Assembly: GCA_964479835.1 (NCBI GenBank)
Contig: CAYZRE010000002.1
Location: 24,987 to 88,986 of the forward strand
Length of the DNA stretch: 64,000 nucleotides
Direction: 5' to 3'
Source: an uncultured Candidatus Saccharibacteria bacterium
GTDB taxonomy: Bacteria; Patescibacteriota; Minisyncoccia; 2-02-FULL-40-12; GWA2-44-9
Shown: piece by piece, positions 56,176-64,000 of the stretch
How positions within the stretch are numbered: position 1 is the stretch's first letter
How the letters are laid out: the number at the start of each line of letters is the position of its first letter
The notes under the pieces: generated by a model
Told to the model about the DNA's origin: nothing
Databases searched by the model: none
Seen by the model: only the letters and a program-made list of their open reading frames with translations
Made by a program: the position numbers and the translations under genes

Positions 56176-57125
56176 ACCTGGTACCGGGTTACGATGGCGC
56201 GGACCTCCTCCGCGCTTTTTGTTTCCATCAATTGCAGACGCAACGCCGCTGCGCCCGGCCAGCCGGAAACATACACTTTGTAAAACCTTTTCATCAGATC
56301 GAACGATTTCACGCCGCCCCATTGTCGTGTCCACGCATCGGTATGCATCAGAAGAAGTTGTAGCCGTTCCTGCGGAGTGTGTTCGTCGGTGGCATGCTCA
56401 CCGAATAGCCACGGATTCTGAAAAATACCACGGCCGACCATGTAGCCGTCAGCCCCCCATTTCTTGGAAAGTTCGACGCCGTGTGCAACGCTCATGACAT
56501 CGCCGTTGCCGACACACAGCACTCCTGCCTCATGGCACAAAGTAGCGGCACGGCCGATGAGGTCCCAGTGTGCCGGAACTTTGCTGGCTTCTTTCATCGT
56601 CCGTCCGTGCAAAATAAGTACATCCGGCTTGGCCTGCAGAATCTGGGGTATCCAGGTTTCCATTTCATCGGTACGGTACAAACCCAAACGCGTTTTGACC
56701 GCTAACGGCAGACCACCGGAACCATCTCGGAGGGCCGCGATGAGCTCTTGCGCAAGTTCCGGAGTCTTCACCAGCGATACACCGGCGCCCTGCCGCATGA
56801 CTCCCTTGTCGGGACAACCCATATTGATATCGACGCCATCAAAACCCAGTTCTCGCGCGAGCTTCCCCGCCGCGAAAAGATGCTCGGGCTTAGTGCCGAA
56901 AAATTGTGCCACGATGGGGTGGTCGGCGTTCGTGAGCGCCAAATCGAGCATCAGTCGCTCGCGGCCTGCCGACGCTAAGCCGTGTGCAGACACGAATTCA
57001 GTGTAGAGTACATCGGGGCGGCCGCATGCGGCGACAACGGACCGAAAGGCAACATCAGTGACATCGGCCATCGGGGCCAGTACCGAAAACGGTCGTTGGA
57101 GTTGTTCCCAGAATCCGTGGGGCAT
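56172..57125 (-). CDS. dus: tRNA-dihydrouridine synthase
   Basis: TIM-barrel Dus motifs (LAPMADVTD, FMN-binding region, catalytic Cys in INMGCP). Confidence 0.85.
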   Translation of the reverse strand: MPHGFWEQLQRPFSVLAPMADVTDVAFRSVVAACGRPDVLYTEFVSAHGLASAGRERLMLDLALTNADHPIVAQFFGTKPEHLFAAGKLARELGFDGVDINMGCPDKGVMRQGAGVSLVKTPELAQELIAALRDGSGGLPLAVKTRLGLYRTDEMETWIPQILQAKPDVLILHGRTMKEASKVPAHWDLIGRAATLCHEAGVLCVGNGDVMSVAHGVELSKKWGADGYMVGRGIFQNPWLFGEHATDEHTPQERLQLLLMHTDAWTRQWGGVKSFDLMKRFYKVYVSGWPGAAALRLQLMETKSAEEVRAIVTRYQV

Positions 57126-57535
57126 TATGCGATGGCCGTTTTTCGGCCGGAGGACGGAGAAAGCATTGGTTTGACTTCCAGTGTACGGGCACCCAGCGAT
57201 ATGCCGTCCAGCGAGAGCAGGAACGAGTAGGTACCGGGAGCAGAGAACTGCATCTGCTCGAAGTTCGCAATCACCTGCCAGTTGCCTGAATTGGTACTGA
57301 CCGGCAGTTCGGTGTGGGCGATTTGTGTTCCCGTCGGGTCCATCACATCGGTACGCAAGACATGACTGCCTCCGGTATCAATGTCGAAGTTCACCACGAG
57401 CGCAAAGCGCGGGTACATGAACGGAAACTTGTCCGCATTAATCTGGGTGAACACATTGATGAGGTTGAGATTGTTCGTTCCCGCCGATAAAAACGCTTCC
57501 CGGCACATGATAATGAAATGGGGTTGGATATTCAT
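57125..57535 (-). CDS. hypothetical beta-rich protein
   Basis: 136 aa, overlaps alaS stop and dus start (operon), no family recognised. Confidence 0.45.
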   Translation of the reverse strand: MNIQPHFIIMCREAFLSAGTNNLNLINVFTQINADKFPFMYPRFALVVNFDIDTGGSHVLRTDVMDPTGTQIAHTELPVSTNSGNWQVIANFEQMQFSAPGTYSFLLSLDGISLGARTLEVKPMLSPSSGRKTAIA

Positions 57536-59208
57536 GACACGGTTGCGCGGATACGCCGGACGCCGGCGGATACAGCCTCTTCTTTGGTTATCTTAAACTT
57601 CCCTATCACGCCAGTGCGCTCAACATGCGGTCCACCGCAAAATTCTTTGGAAAAATCCCCTACGGAATACACGTCCACCATATCGGGATATTTTATCTTG
57701 AAGAAGTGCAGAGCTCCGGTTTTGTGAGCCTCATCTTTCGGAAGGGTCTTTTTCTCAACCGTTATATCTTTTTGGACAACTTCGTTGACGAGTTTTTCTG
57801 TTTCCTGAACTTCCTCCGGCGTCATCTTGCGGGGAAAGCTGAAATCAAAGCGCAAGCGCTCGGTGGTGATATCAGAACCCGCTTGTGTTACTTCGTCTCC
57901 TAATACTTTGCGCAGAGCTGCCTGCAACAAGTGCGTAGCCGTATGGAGTCGCGTTACTTTCTGAAGCTCCTCCGCATCCGCAGCTTTCAACTCGCCGTTA
58001 TCGAAGAAGAGCCCGTGTCCTCCGAATTTCTTCTCCGACCCAGCGCGCGATTTTGCCTGATGTTCTTTAAACTTCTCGTCGAACGCTTCACGGGTCAGTG
58101 GTGTTGCTTTTTCGCCGGCTAAATCTTTTATGACCTCAAAGGGCAACCCAAAGCTCTCATAGAGCTTGAACGCAGTGTCGGCATCGATGATGGAGAGGCG
58201 ATCTAACTCCCGCTGTCCTTGTGCGAGAGTTTTTTCAAATTTTTCCGCCTCTGCTTTGACCACCGGAAATATCGTATCCCGGGAAAGCTCGGGGTAGATA
58301 TTCTGGTACGCATCAATCACAAGGCCAATCCGAATAAAAACTTCATTACTGAAACTTCGCAGGTGAACGATCATTCTCCGCACTAGCCGTCGGAGGACAT
58401 ATCCCTGGTCTTTATTCGACGGACGGACACCACCGGAAATCATAAAGGCACATGCTCGTGCATGGTCGGCGATAATCCGCTTTGTTGTATCAGCAATAGA
58501 ATCGGGCAGGCCCGCGGTGATAGACCCGAACAAATCGGTCTCAAATATATTTTTCTTCTTCTGCACTACCATCGCGAGGCGCTCCAGTCCCATGCCGGTA
58601 TCGATGCCCGGGATTTTGAGGGGCTCCAGGGATTTATCTTTTTTCTGGAAGTACTGGTTGAACACCACATTCCAGATTTCAAGACCGTCTACATAGATTT
58701 CCGTGGTTGGTCCGCAGGGACCTTCATCTCCTGTCGGCCCCCAGAAATTATCTGCCCGACCGGACTTCTTGATGGTGATATCCGGTGCAACGGTCTTCCA
58801 GATTTCTTCGGACTGGGTATCAGCCGGCACATCGCCATCGCCGCCGAATACAGTCACATAGTCAATCTTCAAGTCCATCTCCTTGGTGATAAAATCGTAT
58901 GCGTATTGGATTGCTTCTTGCTTGAAGTACCCGCCGAAAGAAAAGTTGCCGAGCATCTCAAAGAATGTCAGATGGCTCTCATCCCCCACCTCATCGATAT
59001 CGGATGTGCGAATGCATTTTTGGATGGAAGCGACACTTTGCGCAGGGGCGAGCTTGGGATTTGTGTAGTACGGCTTAAACTGTTGCATACCGGCCGTGGT
59101 GAACAACACCGACGGGTCGTCGGGCAATAACGGTGAGGAGTCCACCCAGAGGTGTTCCTTAGATTCCATGAATTTTCGAAACTTTTCGCGTATCTCCTGA
59201 TGAGTCAT
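57532..59208 (-). CDS. alaS: alanyl-tRNA synthetase, short form (catalytic + tRNA-recognition + editing-like region, no C-Ala domain)
   Basis: class II AlaRS motifs (FTTAGMQQF, MLGNFSFGGYFK), HxxxH (HTATHLL) and CGGPHV editing-site signature; 558 aa. Confidence 0.85.
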   Translation of the reverse strand: MTHQEIREKFRKFMESKEHLWVDSSPLLPDDPSVLFTTAGMQQFKPYYTNPKLAPAQSVASIQKCIRTSDIDEVGDESHLTFFEMLGNFSFGGYFKQEAIQYAYDFITKEMDLKIDYVTVFGGDGDVPADTQSEEIWKTVAPDITIKKSGRADNFWGPTGDEGPCGPTTEIYVDGLEIWNVVFNQYFQKKDKSLEPLKIPGIDTGMGLERLAMVVQKKKNIFETDLFGSITAGLPDSIADTTKRIIADHARACAFMISGGVRPSNKDQGYVLRRLVRRMIVHLRSFSNEVFIRIGLVIDAYQNIYPELSRDTIFPVVKAEAEKFEKTLAQGQRELDRLSIIDADTAFKLYESFGLPFEVIKDLAGEKATPLTREAFDEKFKEHQAKSRAGSEKKFGGHGLFFDNGELKAADAEELQKVTRLHTATHLLQAALRKVLGDEVTQAGSDITTERLRFDFSFPRKMTPEEVQETEKLVNEVVQKDITVEKKTLPKDEAHKTGALHFFKIKYPDMVDVYSVGDFSKEFCGGPHVERTGVIGKFKITKEEAVSAGVRRIRATVS

Positions 59209-59270
59209 TGCGTCTCAAATTAGCATATTAGGGGCAATATTGAAATCCTCGACAGGACGCCGCAACGGCG

Positions 59271-59305
59271 AAAAAAAGACCTTCTGCGGACGAACGCGGA
59301 AGGTC
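59271..59305 (-). terminator. intrinsic terminator (GACCTTC/GAAGGTC + T7)
   Basis: 7-bp stem with a 14-nt loop and T7 on the minus strand, overlapping the stop of the gene ending at 59304. Confidence 0.5.
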
Positions 59306-59798
59306 AGAGCCATGCCACCCAGATTTCTGCCGCGAGCGCCCAGACGCCAATGCACTCCAGTGCGTCGCCGACGCTGACGCACCAGTTACCCTCCGGAATG
59401 ACAGTCGTAGGAAAGATGTCGCACAGCCACCGCAATCTCGTGAACTTGTTGCTGGGCGCGTAGTAGCAGGCATTGGACTCTTCGTCGCCGATATACGGCA
59501 TGCACTGACCGTTGGTCATGACAACTGCCGTGTTGGCAATCATGCCGCCTGCGATGAGGTAGAGGCCGGCATGTCCAAAGACCACGGCCGCTGCGATGCT
59601 CAACATGCACTGCATCATGATAGTGCACCCGAACACATCACGAGCTCCCTGCTCACTGAACTGTATCGGCGCCTTATGCTGAATCCAGAAGTAGATGAGC
59701 ATCACTGCCGCCCAACCCAGGAGGAGCCAGCTTTCGGTAACCGCCATTGCGATGAGAGCCCCGAGAACGCCCAACCGTAAAAGGACTTCAAAGTACAC
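59304..59798 (-). CDS. hypothetical Cys-rich membrane protein
   Basis: 164 aa, about four TM, several Cys in the C-terminal half. Confidence 0.45.
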   Translation of the reverse strand: MYFEVLLRLGVLGALIAMAVTESWLLLGWAAVMLIYFWIQHKAPIQFSEQGARDVFGCTIMMQCMLSIAAAVVFGHAGLYLIAGGMIANTAVVMTNGQCMPYIGDEESNACYYAPSNKFTRLRWLCDIFPTTVIPEGNWCVSVGDALECIGVWALAAEIWVAWL

Positions 59799-59831
59799 GG
59801 TGCACCTCCTCGGCGTGTTGTACCACAGATA

Positions 59832-59948
59832 TTACACGGTCGTCAATCGCGATACCCAACGGATGACGATGACGCAGAGTGCGACGGGCAAACTGAATAC
59901 GAATATCCAGAAGAATACAAACTTTTTTTCATCGCCGGAAAGGGCCAT
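59832..59948 (-). CDS. possible 38-aa single-TM micro-protein
   Basis: ATG 1 nt after the upstream TGA stop (TGAtATG); hydrophobic; speculative. Confidence 0.25.
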   Translation of the reverse strand: MALSGDEKKFVFFWIFVFSLPVALCVIVIRWVSRLTTV

Positions 59949-59949
59949 A

Positions 59950-60414
59950 TCAGCGGATATACCAATCATACGGCGTGATACCGAAGGTTGTCTGTCCGCT
60001 CGTTACGGTCACCGGGATTTTCGTGTGGTCCGTACATTCGATATTCAGTCCGCACATCACATACTGGGTGTAGTATGCGCGGTAATCGCCCATATCACTC
60101 CCCATCTCCGACGGGTCCTTCACACGGGCAGATATATAGTACTTTCCGGCCGGTACTTCGATGCTCCACGAGGGGGACAGCAGTTCGTTGTCACCTGCGG
60201 GAGTTTCTGTGCAGTATTCTGAACCGCCATCGACCGGCTCGGCACAGACGATTTGTACCGGTATGTACTCACTCGGGTAGTTTGTCGTCCCTTCGATACT
60301 GCCCGGCATGGCCGTTGCATCCTTCGGAGGCGCAAGAAAATACCATGCTCCGGCGGCAAGGGCTACAAGCACGAGGACTGCTACGAGCGAATAGGTGAAT
60401 ATGCGTGAGGTCAT
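59950..60414 (-). CDS. hypothetical membrane-anchored/secreted protein
   Basis: N-terminal TM/signal, beta-rich body with several Cys. Confidence 0.5.
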   Translation of the reverse strand: MTSRIFTYSLVAVLVLVALAAGAWYFLAPPKDATAMPGSIEGTTNYPSEYIPVQIVCAEPVDGGSEYCTETPAGDNELLSPSWSIEVPAGKYYISARVKDPSEMGSDMGDYRAYYTQYVMCGLNIECTDHTKIPVTVTSGQTTFGITPYDWYIR

Positions 60415-60466
60415 TGCGGATGTGTCAGAATTCTGTTATAATTTCTCCGTCCTTGCAAGTGGATAT

Positions 60467-60538
60467 GGGACCTATGGTGAAATGGTATCACAACACTCTG
60501 TGGCAGTGTGGTCACGGGTTCGATCCCCGTTAGGTCCC
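60467..60538 (+). tRNA. tRNA-His (anticodon GTG)
   Basis: manual cloverleaf: G-1, acceptor GGACCTA/TAGGTCC, D-arm GTGA-aatggta-TCAC, anticodon arm ACACT-ctGTGgc-AGTGT, T-arm ACGGG-TTCGATC-CCCGT, discriminator C; CCA not encoded; TGTTATAAT extended -10 about 25 nt upstream. Confidence 0.8.
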
Positions 60539-60593
60539 CAAATACTAAAGCACCCCCGCCTGCCGAGGGTGCTTTAGTATCCTGGAGATGCTG

Positions 60594-60608
60594 AACGGGG
60601 ATCGAACC
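60594..60608 (-). repeat. inverted partial copy of tRNA-His T-arm (GGTTCGATCCCCGTT, 15/15)
   Basis: exact 15-nt match to tRNA-His positions 60516-60530 in opposite orientation; flanks do not fold into a complete tRNA. Confidence 0.5.
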
Positions 60609-60711
60609 GCCGGAGTGATGTGCCGACAACAGTCGGCACCACGAGGCGGGGCCCCGAATGCAAAGTCGGTCGACGGACCGACTTTGACATGAGGGCGAGA
60701 CCCGTACATTT

Positions 60712-60736
60712 AAACGGCTCACCGAATGAGCCGTTT
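60712..60736. repeat. REP-like palindrome copy 6 (AAACGGCTCA-ccgaa-TGAGCCGTTT)
   Basis: identical core to copies 4 and 5. Confidence 0.6.
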
Positions 60737-60827
60737 AGTACCCGCCCCCTGCCGCGCCGTGCAACAGGTAGAACCAAATCGCCAGCGCAATGGCGACTCC
60801 AATGAGAATATATACGATTTTCTTCAT
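60735..60827 (-). CDS. possible 30-aa single-TM micro-protein
   Basis: MKKIVYILIGVAIALAIWFYLLHGAAGGGY preceded by terminator hairpin + GCGGGGGAGTA leader; stop overlaps REP copy 6; speculative. Confidence 0.3.
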   Translation of the reverse strand: MKKIVYILIGVAIALAIWFYLLHGAAGGGY

Positions 60828-60856
60828 ATAGATAGCGTACTCCCCCGCTGATGATA

Positions 60857-60883
60857 TGAAAAGACCCCCGCAAAGACGCGGGG
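60857..60883 (-). terminator. intrinsic terminator (CCCCCGC/GCGGGGG + T-tract)
   Basis: 7-bp GC stem with a T-rich tract on the minus strand, after the gene ending at 60894. Confidence 0.5.
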
Positions 60884-60893
60884 GCCGAGGGCA

Positions 60894-61184
60894 TTAGGCA
60901 TACATGCGAGACAGTGCTGCACGGCCCGCATCGGTAATCTCGAAGAAGTCGCCGTAGCCGTCAGATGCTCCGATACGCTGGGCATAACCGGCTGCCAACA
61001 ACAGTATTCCCGCGGCTCGACGCACATACTGTCCGGGGTCAACTCGTACGCGGTTCTGCTTAGCGATAAGTCCCAGCAGGGTCAGCACCTCACTGTTGAA
61101 CTCCCTGACACGCTGGTCACCGATGAGCTTGCCCAGCGTAGGATCAAACACCTCGCCGTAGGTTGTTCTCCCGTTCACCATCAC
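60894..61184 (-). CDS. hypothetical small protein
   Basis: 96 aa, no family recognised. Confidence 0.4.
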   Translation of the reverse strand: MMVNGRTTYGEVFDPTLGKLIGDQRVREFNSEVLTLLGLIAKQNRVRVDPGQYVRRAAGILLLAAGYAQRIGASDGYGDFFEITDAGRAALSRMYA

Positions 61185-61205
61185 ACACCTCCGCTGCGGA
61201 TAGTA

Positions 61206-62051
61206 TCACCTTACCCATCGCGCGAACACACCCGTTGAGAGCTGACGCCCGGAGCGTTGGCGGAGACATAGTTGGCCGGCTTCTAAGGTACCGGCGCGGC
61301 CTTTCATCGCGTCTTCGAGCAGATTGCGGATTGCTAACTCTGAAGTGTTCGTTGCGTACGCGTTGATAAGAAGGAAACGCGCATCGGGCGAAAGCAGTTG
61401 TACGCAATCGTTCAGAAGTTTCGGCATCTGCTCATTGAATTTCCAAATCTTGCCCGTCGGTCCGTGACCGAACGCGGGAGGGTCCATGATGATACCGTCG
61501 TACTGCGCGCCACGTTTTACTTCTTTGTGTACGAAAATCGCAGCGTCTTCGAGCATCCAGCGGATGGAATCGGCTGCGAGACCGTTGATTTCCTGATTCT
61601 CTTTTGCCCACCCGATGGCCGGACGCGAAGCATCAACATGCGTGACAAACGCACCGCGTTTAGTGAGCCATACCGACGAGGCGCCCGTGTACGCAAACAG
61701 GTTGAGCACCTTCGGTTCCTCTGCGCCGGTGAGCTTGTCGCTCATCAGTTCCCAGTTTGCCGCCTGCTCGGGGAAAATACCGGTATGTTTAAAATTCATC
61801 GGACGGGCACGCAACACCATATCATTGAACCGCAAGTCCCAATGTTCGGGGAGCTCTGTGCGCATGCGCCATTTGTCGTCTCGAAATATGGCATCGGCTT
61901 TGTCCCATAGTTCGGCCGGCTCACTGCGTTTCCAAATGACCTGCGGATCGGGACGGGAGAGCACAAAGTCGCCCCAACGCTCAAGACGGTAATCATCACC
62001 CGAATCTATGAGCTCAAAATCCTTGAATTGCTCCGCTCCATTGAGATACAT
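61206..62051 (-). CDS. class I SAM-dependent (RNA) methyltransferase, RlmI-like core
   Basis: Rossmann MTase motifs (NLFAYTGASSVW, HVDASR, DPPAFGHG). The ORF track extends to 62192; the ATG at 62051 (MYLNGAEQF) is preferred. Confidence 0.65.
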   Translation of the reverse strand: MYLNGAEQFKDFELIDSGDDYRLERWGDFVLSRPDPQVIWKRSEPAELWDKADAIFRDDKWRMRTELPEHWDLRFNDMVLRARPMNFKHTGIFPEQAANWELMSDKLTGAEEPKVLNLFAYTGASSVWLTKRGAFVTHVDASRPAIGWAKENQEINGLAADSIRWMLEDAAIFVHKEVKRGAQYDGIIMDPPAFGHGPTGKIWKFNEQMPKLLNDCVQLLSPDARFLLINAYATNTSELAIRNLLEDAMKGRAGTLEAGQLCLRQRSGRQLSTGVFARWVR

Positions 62052-62133
62052 ATTATTATTGTAGCTCAAAATCGCTAAAGCGTCACTGACGCTGCGATAA
62101 GAAAACCCGCCCTTGTACGAGGGCGGGACACGG

Positions 62134-62883
62134 TCAGAGCGATGCGTAGGCCGTCCGGAGATATCGGGCGACTTTGTCGTTATCGAGCACATCGTCGGTT
62201 CGGACGCCGCCTTCAGCGTCGATACCGATTTCGGGTACCTTCAGACGGATGGGCGCGAGCAGGGATTCCAGATTGTCAGCGTCCAGACCACCGGCAACAA
62301 CGAGTGAGAACCCGGCACCGGACCTTAGACGCTCATGGTCCAATGCGACCAGGTATGCTGTCGCTTCGGCCGGATCCAACGGGATGCCTCGGCCTCCGGA
62401 TGCGTCCACGAGGACATAGTCGGCCGTACCGCCGTAATCCTTGCACACGCGCTTAGCAACCTGTTCCGGATTGTTCTCACAGGCCTGCATGGCTCCCCGG
62501 TTGATCTGTATCACGATGTTCGTGTGCTTCGCGCTTCTGCGGAGCCCCCTGACAACCTGCGGGTCAGGCCAGACGATGTTGAGCTGAAGACCGTCACAGC
62601 TTGGTCCGCCCCACTTGAGAGCGCTCCAGAGCTGAGCTGCCAGCTCGGTCTGATCGGACGTGTTGTAGTGAACAAGATTCAACGCGAACAGATTGCTCAC
62701 GAAGATACCCGCGATGTCTTCGCGCTTCGGGTACCGCTTCGGATTACCTGCCGGCAGACCTCGGATGGTCTTGTGGGAAGCCAGTACACCGATCATGCAC
62801 GGGCGGTCCATAAGAGCCGGGGGTATCAAAAGAGCTGTCCGAACCTGGCGCTGGTCGGTGTAACCGGTTACCCCGATATACAT
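62134..62883 (-). CDS. phosphoribosylanthranilate isomerase (TrpF)-like TIM-barrel protein
   Basis: C-terminal half aligns with TrpF signatures (YVLVDASGGRGIPLD vs YVLDNGQGGSGQRFDW; LVVAGGLDADN vs VLLAGGLGADN); N-terminal YIGVTGYT vs VKVCGLT. Confidence 0.55.
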   Translation of the reverse strand: MYIGVTGYTDQRQVRTALLIPPALMDRPCMIGVLASHKTIRGLPAGNPKRYPKREDIAGIFVSNLFALNLVHYNTSDQTELAAQLWSALKWGGPSCDGLQLNIVWPDPQVVRGLRRSAKHTNIVIQINRGAMQACENNPEQVAKRVCKDYGGTADYVLVDASGGRGIPLDPAEATAYLVALDHERLRSGAGFSLVVAGGLDADNLESLLAPIRLKVPEIGIDAEGGVRTDDVLDNDKVARYLRTAYASL

Positions 62884-62912
62884 GACTCACCTCTGTTCTA
62901 ATTGTACCATAC

Positions 62913-64000
62913 TTATGGCTTTGTGTCTATACTGTCGGTGATGTTCAACGCAGTAAGGAATGCGGCATTCGATGGCTCGCGCTGAAGAAATTCTTTTATC
63001 AACTCCATCTCGGGCTTACTCGAGCCCGGTTCCAACACCGCAGTGCGATAGCGTCGTCCGACCGCCCTGTCCAGCGGATGAGGTTTAAACAGTGAGTACA
63101 TATCCAATGCGTACACCTTGCTCCACAAATAGCTGTAGTACCCCGCGTCGTAATCGCTCATGTGCGACCAGCCGGCGGCCATGATTGCGTCGTCGGGCAA
63201 GTCGATGGCCTCGTACTGTAGTTTCATATCGCGGTACATCTGTGCTAGATGGGCGGGCAGGACTGCCGTGTCCGACGGTAGCGTGTGCATACGCACATCA
63301 TAGAGCGCACGAACTGCCTGCTGGAGATGATAGTTTGCATCCATGTGATGTCGCGCGGCCAGGAGCTTCGTTATCAGCTCGTCAGGCAACTGCTTGCCGG
63401 TGCGGTAGTGCTTGCTGATGCGTTTGAGCACCACCGTTTCCCACGCCCATTCTTCAAACAACTGACTTGGCATCTCGACAAAATCCAGCGGCACGCCAAA
63501 CCCATTCTGCCGTTGCCATCGGCCGCCCGACAACAGCGCATGACAGACATGACCGAACTCGTGAAACAGCGTCTCTACTTCGTCATGTGCCAACAATGAT
63601 GGGTCAACGGGCGTCGGTTTTGGAAAGTTGCACACCAGAGCGGTCAATCCGGTTGTGGTCGAGCCATCTTCTTCCTGTCGTCCCAATACCAGAGGGTGTG
63701 TCGCGGCGTGTCCGTATTTCCCCTTTCGTGGATGCAGGTCTAATGCAAAATGTCCGATAACACGAGTGCCGTCTTTTACTTCATAGAGCTGTGCATCTTC
63801 ATGCCACAACGGGGCATGAGGTACCGGAAAAAATTGTACTCCGAGCACTTCCTGATAGACATCGAGCATCCCCTGCATCACAACCGCCAGCGGGAAATAT
63901 TCTTTGACCTGCTCGCTGTCGATATCGTGGCGCTCCTTGAGAAGTCGATATCCCCAATAGGTCATCTCGTAAAAATGGATAGGCGCGCGCTTCTCCAACC
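62913..64000 (-). CDS. M3-family oligoendopeptidase (thimet/oligopeptidase A-like), C-terminal part
   Basis: HEFGH zinc motif and M3-like C-terminal helical domain; the N-terminus lies beyond the window end. Confidence 0.8.
   Translation of the reverse strand, partial: LEKRAPIHFYEMTYWGYRLLKERHDIDSEQVKEYFPLAVVMQGMLDVYQEVLGVQFFPVPHAPLWHEDAQLYEVKDGTRVIGHFALDLHPRKGKYGHAATHPLVLGRQEEDGSTTTGLTALVCNFPKPTPVDPSLLAHDEVETLFHEFGHVCHALLSGGRWQRQNGFGVPLDFVEMPSQLFEEWAWETVVLKRISKHYRTGKQLPDELITKLLAARHHMDANYHLQQAVRALYDVRMHTLPSDTAVLPAHLAQMYRDMKLQYEAIDLPDDAIMAAGWSHMSDYDAGYYSYLWSKVYALDMYSLFKPHPLDRAVGRRYRTAVLEPGSSKPEMELIKEFLQREPSNAAFLTALNITDSIDTKP

Noticed and set aside
60583-60665. A second, minus-strand tRNA suggested by the GGTTCGATCC T-loop
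   Set aside because: No acceptor stem complementary to the 3' side, and no 7-nt anticodon loop (only an 8-bp stem with a 4-nt loop). It is just an inverted 15-nt copy of the tRNA-His T-arm
98-63760. Numerous ORF-track entries overlapping or antisense to confidently assigned genes (e.g. 98-421, 2050-2448, 4462-4953, 7094-7642, 15564-16022, 26537-26809, 49601-50202, 59695-60222)
   Set aside because: High-GC genomes produce long spurious antisense and alternative-frame ORFs. Their translations are Arg/Ser/Pro-rich, lack start signals and overlap conserved genes
1-64000. CRISPR arrays, integrases/transposases and rRNA genes
   Set aside because: No regularly spaced direct repeats were seen, and no recombinase- or rRNA-like sequence was recognised in the window

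Overview
This is a 64-kb window from a GC-rich bacterial genome. Many proteins are compact: rpoA lacks the alpha-CTD, DnaJ and AlaRS are truncated, and S9 and S11 carry N-terminal extensions. From those signatures I infer a reduced-genome lineage, possibly Patescibacteria/CPR-like. The core content is as follows. (1) cysS and an NRAMP transporter. (2) A CIRCE-controlled hrcA-grpE-dnaK-(membrane protein)-dnaJ operon. (3) efp, a def-fmt operon, priA and gltX. (4) An M23 peptidase, rpmA and rplI. (5) A minus-strand cell-envelope cluster at 21.4-31.2 kb: CtpA, three GT2, an LCP protein, an O-antigen-ligase-like protein, a GT2-GT4 fusion, a GT4 and MreB. (6) pilT, a TPM-domain protein and an L,D-transpeptidase. 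(7) A ribosomal/translation cluster: rpsI, rplM, rplQ, rpoA, rpsD, rpsK, rpsM, rpmJ, infA. (8) dusB, alaS, tRNA-His and a partial M3 peptidase. The accessory content is: a stretch of small secreted and membrane-protein genes at 37.4-42.3 kb (SWIB, a cytochrome-b5-like domain protein, TspO, GerMN), each with its own terminator; a visibly AT-rich island at 42.4-47.8 kb carrying a DUF2726-like protein, a ~1037-aa Type IIG restriction-modification enzyme and a four-gene operon that includes a caspase-like (His/Cys dyad) protein under its own consensus promoter; and two copies of a ~120-nt highly structured intergenic element. There is also a family of at least six REP-like palindromes (AAACGGCTCA-N4-5-TGAGCCGTTT) and a small two-gene operon of tiny TM proteins behind a perfect sigma70-type promoter. 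All calls are from reading translations and sequence motifs; no database searches were run. Coordinates of non-CDS features are approximate to within a few nt.
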